Positions 33,452-44,334 of a stretch of 52,644 bases of DNA are shown here, piece by piece. The translations under genes and the position numbers were made by a program. Source of the stretch: Chara braunii (lineage: Eukaryota; Plantae; Charophyceae); assembly GCA_003427395.1 (NCBI GenBank), contig BFEA01000042.1, forward strand, positions 4,018,439-4,071,082, given 5' to 3'. Below the pieces are notes generated by a model. The model worked only from the letters and a program-made list of their open reading frames with translations, searched no databases and was not told the DNA's origin. Every line of letters starts with the position of its first letter. Position 1 is the stretch's first letter.

Positions 33452-36034
33452 GAAGAGGGCGAGTATGTCCGCGTCGTTGAGGGTTTGAGGGTCATCACAA
33501 AAAAAATACGAGATAATGATTAGGGGAATTGCAAAACATGATCAAAAAATGAGGAGAATCATAAATGCAAAAAATCTCATTGGGAAACAATTTTTGAAAA
33601 GAGGGTTAAGAGAAAAGGCTAAGGTGAATCGTAATATGAAACAGAAGGGGGCAAGTAAAAGTTTATCAAGAACATTGTCCAGAAAATCCATTTTGCAAAT
33701 CCTGCAAACAAAGAGGAACAACAATATGGTTCGTGGTGAAAGTTTTACAAATTGTTGATTTCTTCCACTGGCCGTTCCTTGTTTTCTCTGCTCTCATCAC
33801 CTTTGTTGTCCTTGAATGCTTCTCCTTATTTGCTCTCTTTGTTTTTTTTTTTTTTTTTTGGGGGGGGGATTTGATAGATGAAGGAAAAGAAAGAAGGGCG
33901 AAGTAGTTGTAGAATTGTTTTGCTGCAAGATGAACAAAATATCGGGAACTCTGACTATAGATCCTTTTGCCTTGTGTTTTGCCGTTTTATTTTTTATTTT
34001 TAAGGGGGTGTGTCCTTGTTCTTTACCAGTTTATTGGATATGCATAATTCACTTTTTCCCTTCCTTTTTCCTGCCCTTCTCGTTTCCTTTCGTTGGGTCT
34101 ACATGCTGTGTTTTTGTGCGTTTCTTTTTCTTTGCTCCTTCCTCCTCCCTTTTTTTATTTTTTTTATTTTTTTTTTATTTTTTATTTTTTTTTATCCTTC
34201 GGTATTTTCTGATCCCGCTTTCTCTTCCTTTCTTATTTCTTGTGTTTTTTTTTTTTTTTTTTAAGTGGTTGGATGATATAGTTTGGTGATGATAATGCTG
34301 GGAAGGGTTAGTGAATGCAGATAACGATGCGGTTAGCTCTAGAATGAATGAGTGATAGTAAAACAAAATGTGGGTTAGTTTAGATTCGATTCAGCACAGT
34401 TGTTGGTCGAGCTTTGATAGGAGAGGGAAGGAGTCATCTTATCCTTATCCACTTGCTCCATATCTCCTTTTTTTTTTTTTTTTTTAAATAAGACTTTGCT
34501 GGATTTATTGGTTGGTCTCATCTAGTACTGATAGTTAGTTGGTTAGGTTTGTTGATCCGCCGATTGAAAAGGGGGTTGTAGGTGATTNNNNNNNNNNNNN
34601 NNNNNNNNNNNNNNNNNNNNNNNNNNNNNNNNNNNNNNNNNNNNNNNNNNNNNNNNNNNNNNNNNNNNNNNNNNNNNNNNNNNNNNNNNNNNNNNNNNNN
34701 NNNNNNNNNNNNNNNNNNNNNNNNNNNNNNNNNNNNNNNNNNNNNNNNNNNNNNNNNNNNNNNNNNNNNNNNNNNNNNNNNNNNNNNNNNNNNNNNNNNN
34801 NNNNNNNNNNNNNNNNNNNNNNNNNNNNNNNNNNNNNNNNNNNNNNNNNNNNNNNNNNNNNNNNNNNNNNNNNNNNNNNNNNNNNNNNNNNNNNNNNNNN
34901 NNNNNNNNNNNNNNNNNNNNNNNNNNNNNNNNNNNNNNNNNNNNNNNNNNNNNNNNNNNNNNNNNNNNNNNNNNNNNNNNNNNNNNNNNNNNNNNNNNNN
35001 NNNNNNNNNNNNNNNNNNNNNNNNNNNNNNNNNNNNNNNNNNNNNNNNNNNNNNNNNNNNNNNNNNNNNNNNNNNNNNNNNNNNNNNNNNNNNNNNNNNN
35101 NNNNNNNNNNNNNNNNNNNNNNNNNNNNNNNNNNNNNNNNNNNNNNNNNNNNNNNNNNNNNNNNNNNNNNNNNNNNNNNNNNNNNNNNNNNNNNNNNNNN
35201 NNNNNNNNNNNNNNNNNNNNNNNNNNNNNNNNNNNNNNNNNNNNNNNNNNNNNNNNNNNNNNNNNNNNNNNNNNNNNNNNNNNNNNNNNNNNNNNNNNNN
35301 NNNNNNNNNNNNNNNNNNNNNNNNNNNNNNNNNNNNNNNNNNNNNNNNNNNNNNNNNNNNNNNNNNNNNNNNNNNNNNNNNNNNNNNNNNNNNNNNNNNN
35401 NNNNNNNNNNNNNNNNNNNNNNNNNNNNNNNNNNNNNNNNNNNNNNNNNNNNNNNNNNNNNNNNNNNNNNNNNNNNNNNNNNNNNNNNNNNNNNNNNNNN
35501 NNNNNNNNNNNNNNNNNNNNNNNNNNNNNNNNNNNNNNNNNNNNNNNNNNNNNNNNGCTTGCTGTTTTTTCGTGCGTTTCTTGTTTGCGGCCCCCCCCCG
35601 CTTTCCTCCTCTCTCCCTTTTTTTTTTTTTATAGAGAAAAATTATTGAAATTTTCCTGCCTCTGTTCTTCTGAGTGTCACTGAGGGTGGTAATAGGGTGC
35701 TTCAGGAACAAACCTAAGTACATGTTTGTTTTATATTTAGTTCGACTGAATGTAACGTGTACATGCAGGTAGATTGTCGTGAAGAATCAATGTCGGACAT
35801 TACTTTTGATGTTCTCCTATCCTCCTTCTTTCCCTTTTTTTTTTTTTTTAAGTAATGATTGTGATTACTATTTAGAGATCGGTGATGAATATTCGTCGTC
35901 CTTTTGCGTGAGGAGGGAATGACAAATTAGTTCTTCCTCGATTCGTTAAAGAGTTTGAACGCTCACTTGGGTGTGTTTTGCATATATATGAAGATAACTC
36001 TGACGGCGAAAAATGAGGTAGGAAAGCAAAAATG

Positions 36035-37125
36035 ATAGTTTCGTCAAGGTTGAAGGGTGATCGACTAATCGATAAAAAAAGTGGTGAAGGTTCTTCAAAC
36101 ATCGGATTATGATGAAGGAAGTGATTGGTTGCGCGATCAGACGCAAGCGGTAAATGAATAATCGTAGTAGCAGTTTAGACCTTCGCCGCTTGCGGTGATC
36201 GACCTTTCTTAGCCGTGGTATCCCCTCTGTTCTCTTATTTCCCCCCCCCCCTTTTTTTTTTTGAAGGCAAAGCAAACAAGATGGGGAGTGGTTTTGGTCA
36301 AAAATTGAGGGGTGATCGACTAATCGATTATAAAGGGGTGAAGGTTCCTCATACATCTGATTAAGATGAGGGGAATGATTGGTTGCGTGATCAGACGCAA
36401 GCGGTGAAGGAATAATCGTACTAGCGATTTAGACCTTCGTCGTTTGCGGTGATCGACATTTCTTCAATGGTGGTATCCTCCCTAAGGCTTTTTTTTTTTT
36501 TTTGTTTTTTTTTTTTGTTTAAGGCAATGCAAACAAGATGGGGAGTGGTGAGTGACAGTTTCGTCAAGGATTGAGGGGAGATTGAGTAATCGACTTTAAA
36601 GGGGGTGAAGGTTCTTTACACATCAGATTATCATGAAGGGAGTGATTGATTTGCAATCGACAGACCCAAACGGTGAAGAAATAATCCTACCAGTGAATTA
36701 GACCTTTGCCGTTTGCGGTGATCGACCTTCTTTCAAGAGTGGTATCTTTTTTTTTTTTTTTTTTTTTTAAGGAAATGCAAAGAAGGTAGGAAGTGGTGGG
36801 TGAAGCTTAAAGACGAAGCCGATTAAGTAGGTGTATTATGTCATAGTCTGATTAAGGATATTGGATGCATGCAAATCCATAGTTTTTCAAAGAATAAGGA
36901 AATGATGAATTAAGCGACTATTAAAGAGATAAAAGTGCTTGATACTTGAAACTATCATGAGGAGAGTGATTGGTAGCGCGATCATCAGACGGAAGCAGCG
37001 AGGGAGTAGTTGACTTAGCAATTAGTCCTTCGCCGGTTTCGCTGATCAATTTATTTCTTGTGTGGGGTGTTTTTTTTTTTTTTTTTTATTTTATGGAATT
37101 GCAACAGAGGTAGGGAAGTGGTTGT
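36035..37125. repeat. ~260-bp tandem repeat (3 clear units plus 1 degenerate) inside the YR element
   Basis: GTGATTGGTTGCG.GATCAGACGCAAGCGGT...TAGACCTTCG.CG.TTGCGGTGATCGAC recurs at ~36121, ~36376, ~36642 and ~36966. Confidence 0.85.
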
Positions 37126-38262
37126 AGAGACTTGGAGGGCAAAATTGATTAAGTAGTTGCATGATTATGGCGTAAACTGTCTCTTGAGAGGGAGGATTAA
37201 GGAGATTGAATTCATTGCAAGATGAGGTAGTTGATGAACAACTGATGAATTAATCCTTCATCCTTTCCGTTTACTATGTACCTCCCCACTTTTTTTTTTT
37301 TTTTTTTTTTTTTAACGATTACAAAGATGGAAGAGTAAATTTGTCGTGTGACAAAAGGCAAAGTCGATTATCCTACAAGTTATGACATAACTTGGTTCCT
37401 CAGAGGAAGGGTGAGAGAGATTTTATACATGCAAAATAATCAGAGTTGTTTGGTATTTCAATGTTCGAATGGAAGAATGGAGGAAGGACTGATGGTGCTC
37501 CTTTATTACATTAGGTTTTTTTTTTTTTTTTTTTTTTTTTAAGGTAATTGCAACGAGAAGGAATGGGATAACAATACGTCATGCAACAGAGGAATCAATT
37601 GACTTAAGCTTCCATTAGCTTTCAGACGAGAATGGATTCATGCCGTACAATTATTATTATTCTCGTCGTAACAGTTGTAAAAGCAATTGAAGATCAGACG
37701 GAAAGCCTCCTTGTCCAAGAGGAAGGAATGACTAATGGGATGGTAGGAAGAGGGAATAAGAAGGAGTCTTGAAGAGAAGAAGATAGAAGGTGAGAAGATG
37801 AAGCAGGAGGAGTAGAATTAGAAAAAAGAGGAAGAAAATGTCGAAGGTTCGAAATATGTTTGGTTTCTTTCTACTTCTTGTGGTTTTGGGAGTGGTCGCG
37901 AGTTGAGGATTGGGAGGTGGGGGGTTTAAATGGGGGAGTGCGAAAGGAGGGGTGGGGAATGAGAAGCATGGGTTGCATGGGTGCATGAGCTTCAGGAAGG
38001 GGCGAATCGGGGTCGGAGGCGTAGTCGGAGGTCCTGACTGATCTTCTTCTTCTAGAGGAAGAAGGATTGGAAGATCTTTTGGGCGCCATGGCTATCAATC
38101 TGCTAGTTCCTCGAGGAGGGGGAAGGAGAAGGTTCCCTCCGTGGTCCTAAGGAGAAGCTTGCCGAGCGATTGCGAGGAAGGAAATGTGGCTTGACGTGGG
38201 TCCTGCGGAATTGGATAGAAGTCCGGAAGCTTGTCGCAGATTGCGTTCTTGACGAGCCTAAA

Positions 38263-39192
38263 CTAAGGCCCAGGTCCGGTGGAGATAAGCGCGTGGAGGA
38301 CGAGCTGATTGGAGTCCGTCTTGGTAAGCTTCGTGAAAAAACCTTTGAAGAAGAAGGCGAGTGACAACAAGAATCTCGAGGAGGGCGCCTGAGAGGAGAG
38401 GTGCTCTGCGATGCTCTGTAGTCCTGAAGTGACCCAAAATTTGACAGGTGGCCTTCGCGTGGAGGCTAAGCAGAGGACGAAGCAGTAGAAGGGAATTCGA
38501 AGATCATGCGCATATTCCTCCTTGAAGATATCGAGGTCCAGCCTCGCGCTGTCCCCCTCTGCATCGGTAAGGAAAGAAAGATTTATTGTTCCCACGTAAA
38601 TGAGAGAAGTGATGAGGTTGAAGAAGAAAAAGTGTGAAAGGAGTTCGATTGCTTTCTTCCTTTTTAGGAAGAAGAAAGAACGATCTCCGTTGTGGAAGGT
38701 GGTGAAGGTGGCGCTCTTTGCAAACGCTAGGAGATCATTTATTGTAGCGGTGGAGCTGAATCTCTCGTGGACCGGTCCGTTCTGCAAAGAAATGAAGGAG
38801 GTGGGCAGTACTGGCGGAAGAGCGAAGAGGTGAAGAGGAAGGAGGGAGGCAGTGGGATGATCCAAGACGAAGATGCGGAAGAGACAGTCATCTGCGTGAA
38901 TGAAAGACGGGTTAGTGTGGGTGGACATGGGAGTGATTAGAGCGTTGAATTCGATCGTTAAGGCTTCGTCAGATATTACGGTATCATTCTTGGCTACACG
39001 TGTGGAGGAAAAGAAGGAGTTTAGAAAGAGTTCGTAGATGGGAGGGTTGTCGTGGGCGGGATGGAAGAGAGGAGGATCGGAGTCTAAACAGGAACATTCT
39101 GATATAGGTATGGAGCGGGTGGAGTAGTTGGGAACAACAAAGAGAGGGGAGATTGAGGGCCTGTCGCCAGGACGAGCAGTCGACGCGTTCAT
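38263..39192 (-). CDS. Hypothetical 309-aa ORF at the 5' end of the YR retrotransposon, function unknown
   Basis: Uninterrupted non-repetitive ORF starting ~185 bp downstream of repeat A1, same strand as pol. No domain recognised. Confidence 0.55.
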   Translation of the reverse strand: MNASTARPGDRPSISPLFVVPNYSTRSIPISECSCLDSDPPLFHPAHDNPPIYELFLNSFFSSTRVAKNDTVISDEALTIEFNALITPMSTHTNPSFIHADDCLFRIFVLDHPTASLLPLHLFALPPVLPTSFISLQNGPVHERFSSTATINDLLAFAKSATFTTFHNGDRSFFFLKRKKAIELLSHFFFFNLITSLIYVGTINLSFLTDAEGDSARLDLDIFKEEYAHDLRIPFYCFVLCLASTRRPPVKFWVTSGLQSIAEHLSSQAPSSRFLLSLAFFFKGFFTKLTKTDSNQLVLHALISTGPGP

Positions 39193-39376
39193 TGCTGATT
39201 TCTTCAGGGGGAAGAAGACGAAGGACTGACCTTTGACGGATGACCGACACAGACGCTGAGAATGACACGAACTGACCGTGGGACGACCTGCTGAAAGACC
39301 GGTTCCTGTGGCTGATTGCTGGGTTAACTGAAGGAGGACCTGATGAGAGGACAGAGGTCCCGAAGGCTGTAAGTTG

Positions 39377-40001
39377 AGGACAGCCCTACGCCAAAATTGG
39401 CGAAGGAGAAATCACTCTCCTCAGATCGGCTGGCAAAGTGACTTGATTGGTCTGCAGGCTTGCTTACGCGCTGGGTGCTGCTGGAGGGCGCGTGAGCGAG
39501 GGAGGATCCAGAGAGATCCAGCAGATCTAGTAGGTCCAACAACCTGCCTCGACTGCTGCACTGCCGGTGACTTATACTGTCGCGGGCAGTGGGAGCAGTG
39601 CCGTCCGGGCCGGCGACGTCCAGATGCATTCCGGGTGAGTTCCGCGAACCTGGTCCTATTTCAGACCCGACTGAATGTCCTTCGTCCCGCTGGTGGTCCC
39701 ATGTCGGAGTCCAATGCCCTGTAGCTGTAGGAGGTCAGTGTCGTGGTCCAACCGCTGAAATTGTAGTCTTCTGAGGAACACGCGTCGTAGATGTCCTGAA
39801 TCCAAGGCCGAGAGTGTCGGTCGTAGGCGAGCCAATGGTGTCAATGGAATGCAAGTCGTAGATGTCCGAAATCCAGGGCAGCGAAGAAATGACGAAGACC
39901 GAGGGAACGGTTGACGTATCTAAACTGTGGGCAACCGTTGGAATGCAGTGATCGTGACCTAAGGTAAGTGTAGTAATCGAAAAGGCCGTAGGACAGTTGC
40001 T
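39377..40001 (-). repeat. Split direct repeat A1 (5' terminus of the YR element)
   Basis: Colinear copy of 28419-29041; homology stops after GGACAGTTGCT. Confidence 0.93.
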
Positions 40002-40155
40002 ATGGGCGCCCTTACCTCAGATTTTTGCTTCACGAAAAGACCTGCCAGCCTACCTATGCACCCTACGATTTCTCTTCATCAGCGGTGAGAAACACATGTA
40101 GCACACAACGGAGAGCTCCCCTACCCCAGAACAAAATCTGGGCTGCAGACCCAAG

Positions 40156-40301
40156 AGCCAAGCTCAGTGGGTACACCCATGAGCTGTTGAAAATACAGAC
40201 CCGTGTTCTAATCCAGATGATGGAACTTGATGAGTAATACCAACTATTTCTGAATTGCATGGGCCCGGTCAGCTCAAAGATGATATCTCAAGGCCTGGCC
40301 T
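40156..40301 (+). mobile_element. tRNA-derived SINE, family A
   Basis: GCCAAGCTCAGTGGGTACACCC...CTGTTGAAAATACAGACCCGTGTTCTAATCCAGATG...GATATCTCAAGGCC. Confidence 0.7.
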
Positions 40302-40471
40302 GCTGGGACTTGGCCCCGTCCACTACGGTAATCCCTATCCCTTTCAGACCGGTGGTGCAGATTCCCAGTTCTTTTCTTCTTTCCTTTTTCTTTTTCTTTT
40401 TTTTCCTTTTTTTTTTAATTCCCAGGTCTTGTCGACCGCCAGTAAGCTCTGCGACAAGCACTGCGCTCCCG

Positions 40472-40545
40472 ACCGGTAGCTCAGTTGGTAAAACACCCCT
40501 GAACTGAATGAAGTGTTGAAATACAGACCCACTGAGTTCGACCCC
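40472..40545 (+). mobile_element. tRNA-derived SINE family A, head only
   Basis: TAGCTCAGTTGGTAAAACACCCC...TGTTGAAATACAGACCC..GAGTTCGACCC. Confidence 0.6.
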
Positions 40546-41082
40546 CCCCCCACTGGTGGAAGCTGTCGTCAATGAAACACTACACCATATCTCACTTTAG
40601 GGCAAGGCCCCACTTGCACGGATTAAGAGATATTCTGGCCGTCGATCTTTGCTATCTACGGTCAGTATCGCTTTATTCGTGTAAGTGGGACCTAGCCCCC
40701 GGTCAGGTCCGTGATCATATTTTAAGGCCGTCACCATTTTAAGAAAGAAAGGAAAGGACGCGCTGCGACGGGAGCCAAGCCCCACCCCACCCCACAGCAC
40801 ACCACACCGCTGTGTTTTATTTACGGCTTGGACAACTCTCTGCAAAACAGTCGTATGGTGTTGTGTTTGCATGGGCAGCGCCGCTTTCGCGCTCTTGCTT
40901 GGACTTGGACGTGGTCTTGGATGGGGCAGTTTTAATCAAACTACAACTGATTTGGTTCTCTTCGAAGCGGGGGGTAAGGCTGAGAGTAATTGTGTAGGAG
41001 TCACAAAAGCGCATCGGAATCGGATTAGTCGCGTGGCTGTTGATCTCTGCCAGTCGACAAGAAATCCGCTGCTCTACCGGTA

Positions 41083-41121
<39 letters not shown>

Positions 41122-41170
41122 CACGCACACACATACAGACAGATGTGAGTCGCAAACATACAGACAGATG

Positions 41171-41210
41171 TGAGTCGGTGAAAGTGCGACGAAACAGTCT
41201 GGCACAGGCA
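41171..41210 (+). ncRNA. Hammerhead-ribozyme-like motif (5'-eroded)
   Basis: TGA-GTCGG-TGAAAGT-GCGAC-GAAAC-AGTCT-GGC-ACAGGCA. Confidence 0.5.
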
Positions 41211-41340
41211 TGCGTATTTTGATTGTATAGCGGATATGGCACAACACGCACGCACACACACATACACACTCATGCTTTTTTTTTCTGGAGGTGTGTATAA
41301 CGAACATGACAACACACACTTCCCGCTGCTCTGCCGCTAC

Positions 41341-41395
<55 letters not shown>

Positions 41396-41505
41396 ACCCA
41401 CACACCCACATATGATTTTTTTTGTAGAGTTGTCTACAGCGAGCATGAGAACTCTCTTTCTCTCTCTCTCTCTCGCCCTCCCTGTCTCCGTCTCTCCCTC
41501 TCTCC

Positions 41506-41540
<35 letters not shown>

Positions 41541-41822
41541 CCCCCCCCTCCCCCCTCTTCCCCCTCGATCGTAATATTGCCTGCACTCCTTGACTTCTTC
41601 CCGCGCTCCGCTGATATCTGCAAAGATCCAGGCCTACTGCTTTGCGACCCTCCACGTCCCTCTTCGCACTAGATCAAACGAGGGTTTTTTACTCCCCCCC
41701 CCCGATCGCGATGCTCCATCATCCCTTTCTCTCTGCTGGACGAAAGGAAAGAAAGAAAAACGCAAAACGCAAATGCTTTCCTTCTCGTCTGCCTCCCCTC
41801 CACAAAAGGAAAGAAAGAAAAA

Positions 41823-41935
41823 CGCAAATGCTTTTCTCTATCACTCTCCACTTCCCACCCTGCTGATTAACTCCTCCTCCTCCTCCTCCTCCTCCTCAAT
41901 CCGCACCCCCCCATTGGTTCCCGACTCTCTCTCTT

Positions 41936-42004
<69 letters not shown>

Positions 42005-42170
42005 TGCCCACGCTCTCTCTCGCAAATGCTTTTCTCTATCACTCTCCACTTCCCACCCTGCTGATTAACTCCTCCTCCTCCTCCTCAATCCGCACCCCCC
42101 CATTGGTTCCCGACTCTCTCTCTTTCTTTCTCTCTCTCTCTCTCTCTCTTGCCCACGCTCTCTCTCTCTC
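41823..42170. repeat. ~200-bp tandem duplication rich in CT microsatellite
   Basis: CGCAAATGCTTTTCTCTATCACTCTCCACTTCCCACCCTGCTGATTAAC occurs twice. Confidence 0.85.
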
Positions 42171-42193
42171 TCTCCTCCTTTCTTTCGCAGGAG

Positions 42194-42235
<42 letters not shown>

Positions 42236-42669
42236 CATCTCCCTCTCTCTCGTCTCTCCTCCCCATCTCCTTCCCTCTCTCTCCCTCTCTGCCTCGATTC
42301 GGATCCTCATGTGGTGTACCCTCCGTATATCCACATCCCATTTTCTACTTCTGGCCTTAAAAAAAAAAAATTAAAAGTTTAAAACAAAGAAAAGTGGAAT
42401 TCCATTTTCGTTGTACCCTGTTCCTCGTTCGACATTTGCCCTTACTGAAGCGTAGTTATTACTTTACTGTGTTATTAATAACTAAAAGCCGTAATTAACC
42501 TACGTACCTACCTTCCTTTCTTCCTTCTTCTCCTCCTCGTGTGAAGCCTAAATTCCCTTTTTTTTTTTTTTTTTTTTTTTTTCCTTGCGCTCTTTCATAA
42601 TAGAAAGGGAGGACCGAAGGAAGGACGAAAATTTTGAACCTTCGTAGTCGTATATGGAAAGCCTACCTA

Positions 42670-42773
42670 CCGGCTTTATCCGAATAGAACGCCCGGTCAT
42701 TATAGCTGTATTGGGGTAACTGTGAGTCTGAATACAGCGATAATGACCGGGCGTTCTATTCGGATAAAGCCGG
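42670..42773. mobile_element. Hairpin MITE with TA TSD (copy 3, near-perfect TIRs)
   Basis: TA|CCGGCTTTATCCGAATAGAACGCCCGGTCATTATAGCTGTATT ... AATACAGCGATAATGACCGGGCGTTCTATTCGGATAAAGCCGG|TA. Confidence 0.88.
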
Positions 42774-42819
42774 TAGGGGAAATCGCTTTGTACGAAGAAG
42801 GAGAAGTTTTCATCCTCCT

Positions 42820-43630
42820 CGTCTATAGCTTGTCTCTACGAGTAAGAAGTTTGCCCCTATATGCGAAGTTTGCCATAGCTGGAAGCTTACTATAGAAAAG
42901 CATAGTCCGAGGAGGAAGCTTACCTATAGAAACGCTTGTCTATAGCAGCAAGAGGAAGCTTGTCTATAGCAGCAAGAGGAAGCTTATCTATACCAGCAAG
43001 AGGAAGGTTGTCTATACGAGGAAGAAGAGAGCTTGTCTATAGACCAGTAAGAAGGATCTTGTCTATACGAGAAGAAGCTTGTCTATACACCAGGAAGAAG
43101 AAGAAGCCTGTCTATACGAGGATGAAGCTTCTCTATATACCAGGAAGCAGAAGTTTCTCTATACCAGGAAGCAGAAGCTTGCCTATACCCCAGGAAGCAG
43201 AAGCTTGTCTATAGACCAGTAAGGAGGATCTTGTCTATACGAGGAAGAAGCTTGTCTATATACCAGGAAGAAGAAGCTTTTGTCTATACCAAGAAAAACA
43301 CGCTTGTCTATAGACTCTATACCTTGAAGCAGAAGCTGCTTGTCTGTACCAGGAAGGAGACGCTTGTCTATAGCTAGAGGAAGAAGCGTTTGAATAGGAG
43401 GAAGAAGCTTTGTCTATACGAGGAGGAAGCTTTGTCTATACGAGGAGAGAACTTGTATATGCTACCGTCCTCCCCCCCCCCCCCCCCTCCTCGAATGTAA
43501 CGCACCCGGATCACGAATGTATGCAGTCTACTTTTCCGGTCTGATACGGTCATGATCAGGGTGCGTTGTATTCGGGCGAGGACGGGAGGAAGAAGCTTGT
43601 CTATACGAGGAAGAAGCCTTTGTATAGACA
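42820..43630. repeat. ~24-bp minisatellite (AGAAGCTTGTCTATAC...AGG)
   Basis: More than 20 imperfect units. Confidence 0.85.
43465..43585. mobile_element. Related hairpin MITE (copy 4, divergent subfamily)
   Basis: TA|CCGTCCTC...CGAATGTAACGCACCCGGATCACGA ... TCATGATCAGGGTGCGTTGTATTCGGGCGAGGACGG. Confidence 0.6.
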
Positions 43631-43747
43631 CGCTTATATCACATAACGGAAAGGAATAGGGGGAGGAAGATAGCTTATAGTACTTAATCATAGTCTAGTG
43701 TATATCTAGTGTATAGTACTTAATCATGAATATGATTAAGTACTTTA

Positions 43748-43781
<34 letters not shown>

Positions 43782-44190
43782 GTTATAATAAACCTTCCAA
43801 ACTTGGAAAGTATAATTCAAGTGCTAGCCCCTCTTCCCTCCTCCCCCTCTTCCCTCCCCCCCCACCCGCACCCCCCCTCCCTCCCTTTTCCGACTCCTCT
43901 ACCCGAGAAAGATCCCTATGAGCTCGCCGATCCTTTTTTTTTTTTTTTTTTTTTTTGAGAGGGAAAGATGGCGAGTACTGCCCACGGAGCTCGCTGCGCA
44001 GTACTCTTTCCAGCGAAAAGAGGGAAAAAAAATAGAGTTCAAAAGTCTTTAAATCCGTTCTGTTTCATCACTGTTTTCCAGTCCGGATTCTTTCCTTCCA
44101 CCTGCACTTTTCTTTTCCATTTTTTACAAAACCGCACCTTTTTATTTTTTTTTATTTTTTCCCCTTCTTCTGCTTCTTCTTCTTTAAAAA

Positions 44191-44279
44191 AAGGGCGGCG
44201 GCCTTAAGATATCATCAAAAAATAAATAAATTAATAATAGTAATAATAATAATAAATAATAAATAATAATGATGATAAC

Positions 44280-44334
<55 letters not shown>

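Larger units (their letters stand above)
28299..40001 (-). mobile_element. Tyrosine-recombinase retrotransposon (DIRS order, PAT/kangaroo-like) with split direct repeats; full-length but decayed
   Basis: Order on the minus strand is A1 (40001-39377), ORFs, B1 (29128-29043), A2 (29041-28419), B2 (28394-28299). RT-RNaseH-MT lie on the minus strand and the YR on the plus strand. Confidence 0.9.

Noticed and set aside
34518-35723. 350-400 aa ORFs, and similar ones at 45657-46944, 25944-26408, 15855-16234 and 19273-19956
   Set aside because: They are open only because they run through N-gaps.
28419-40001. Reading the two ~620-bp repeats as ordinary LTRs of a Gypsy or Copia element
   Set aside because: There are no TG...CA ends, PBS/PPT, TSD or DDE integrase. 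The extra B repeats and the YR fit the split-repeat model.
40156-40545. tRNA genes suggested by A/B boxes (also at 18680, 47010 and 49480)
   Set aside because: No complete cloverleaf or acceptor stem, and the heads are attached to repeat bodies, so they are treated as SINE heads.
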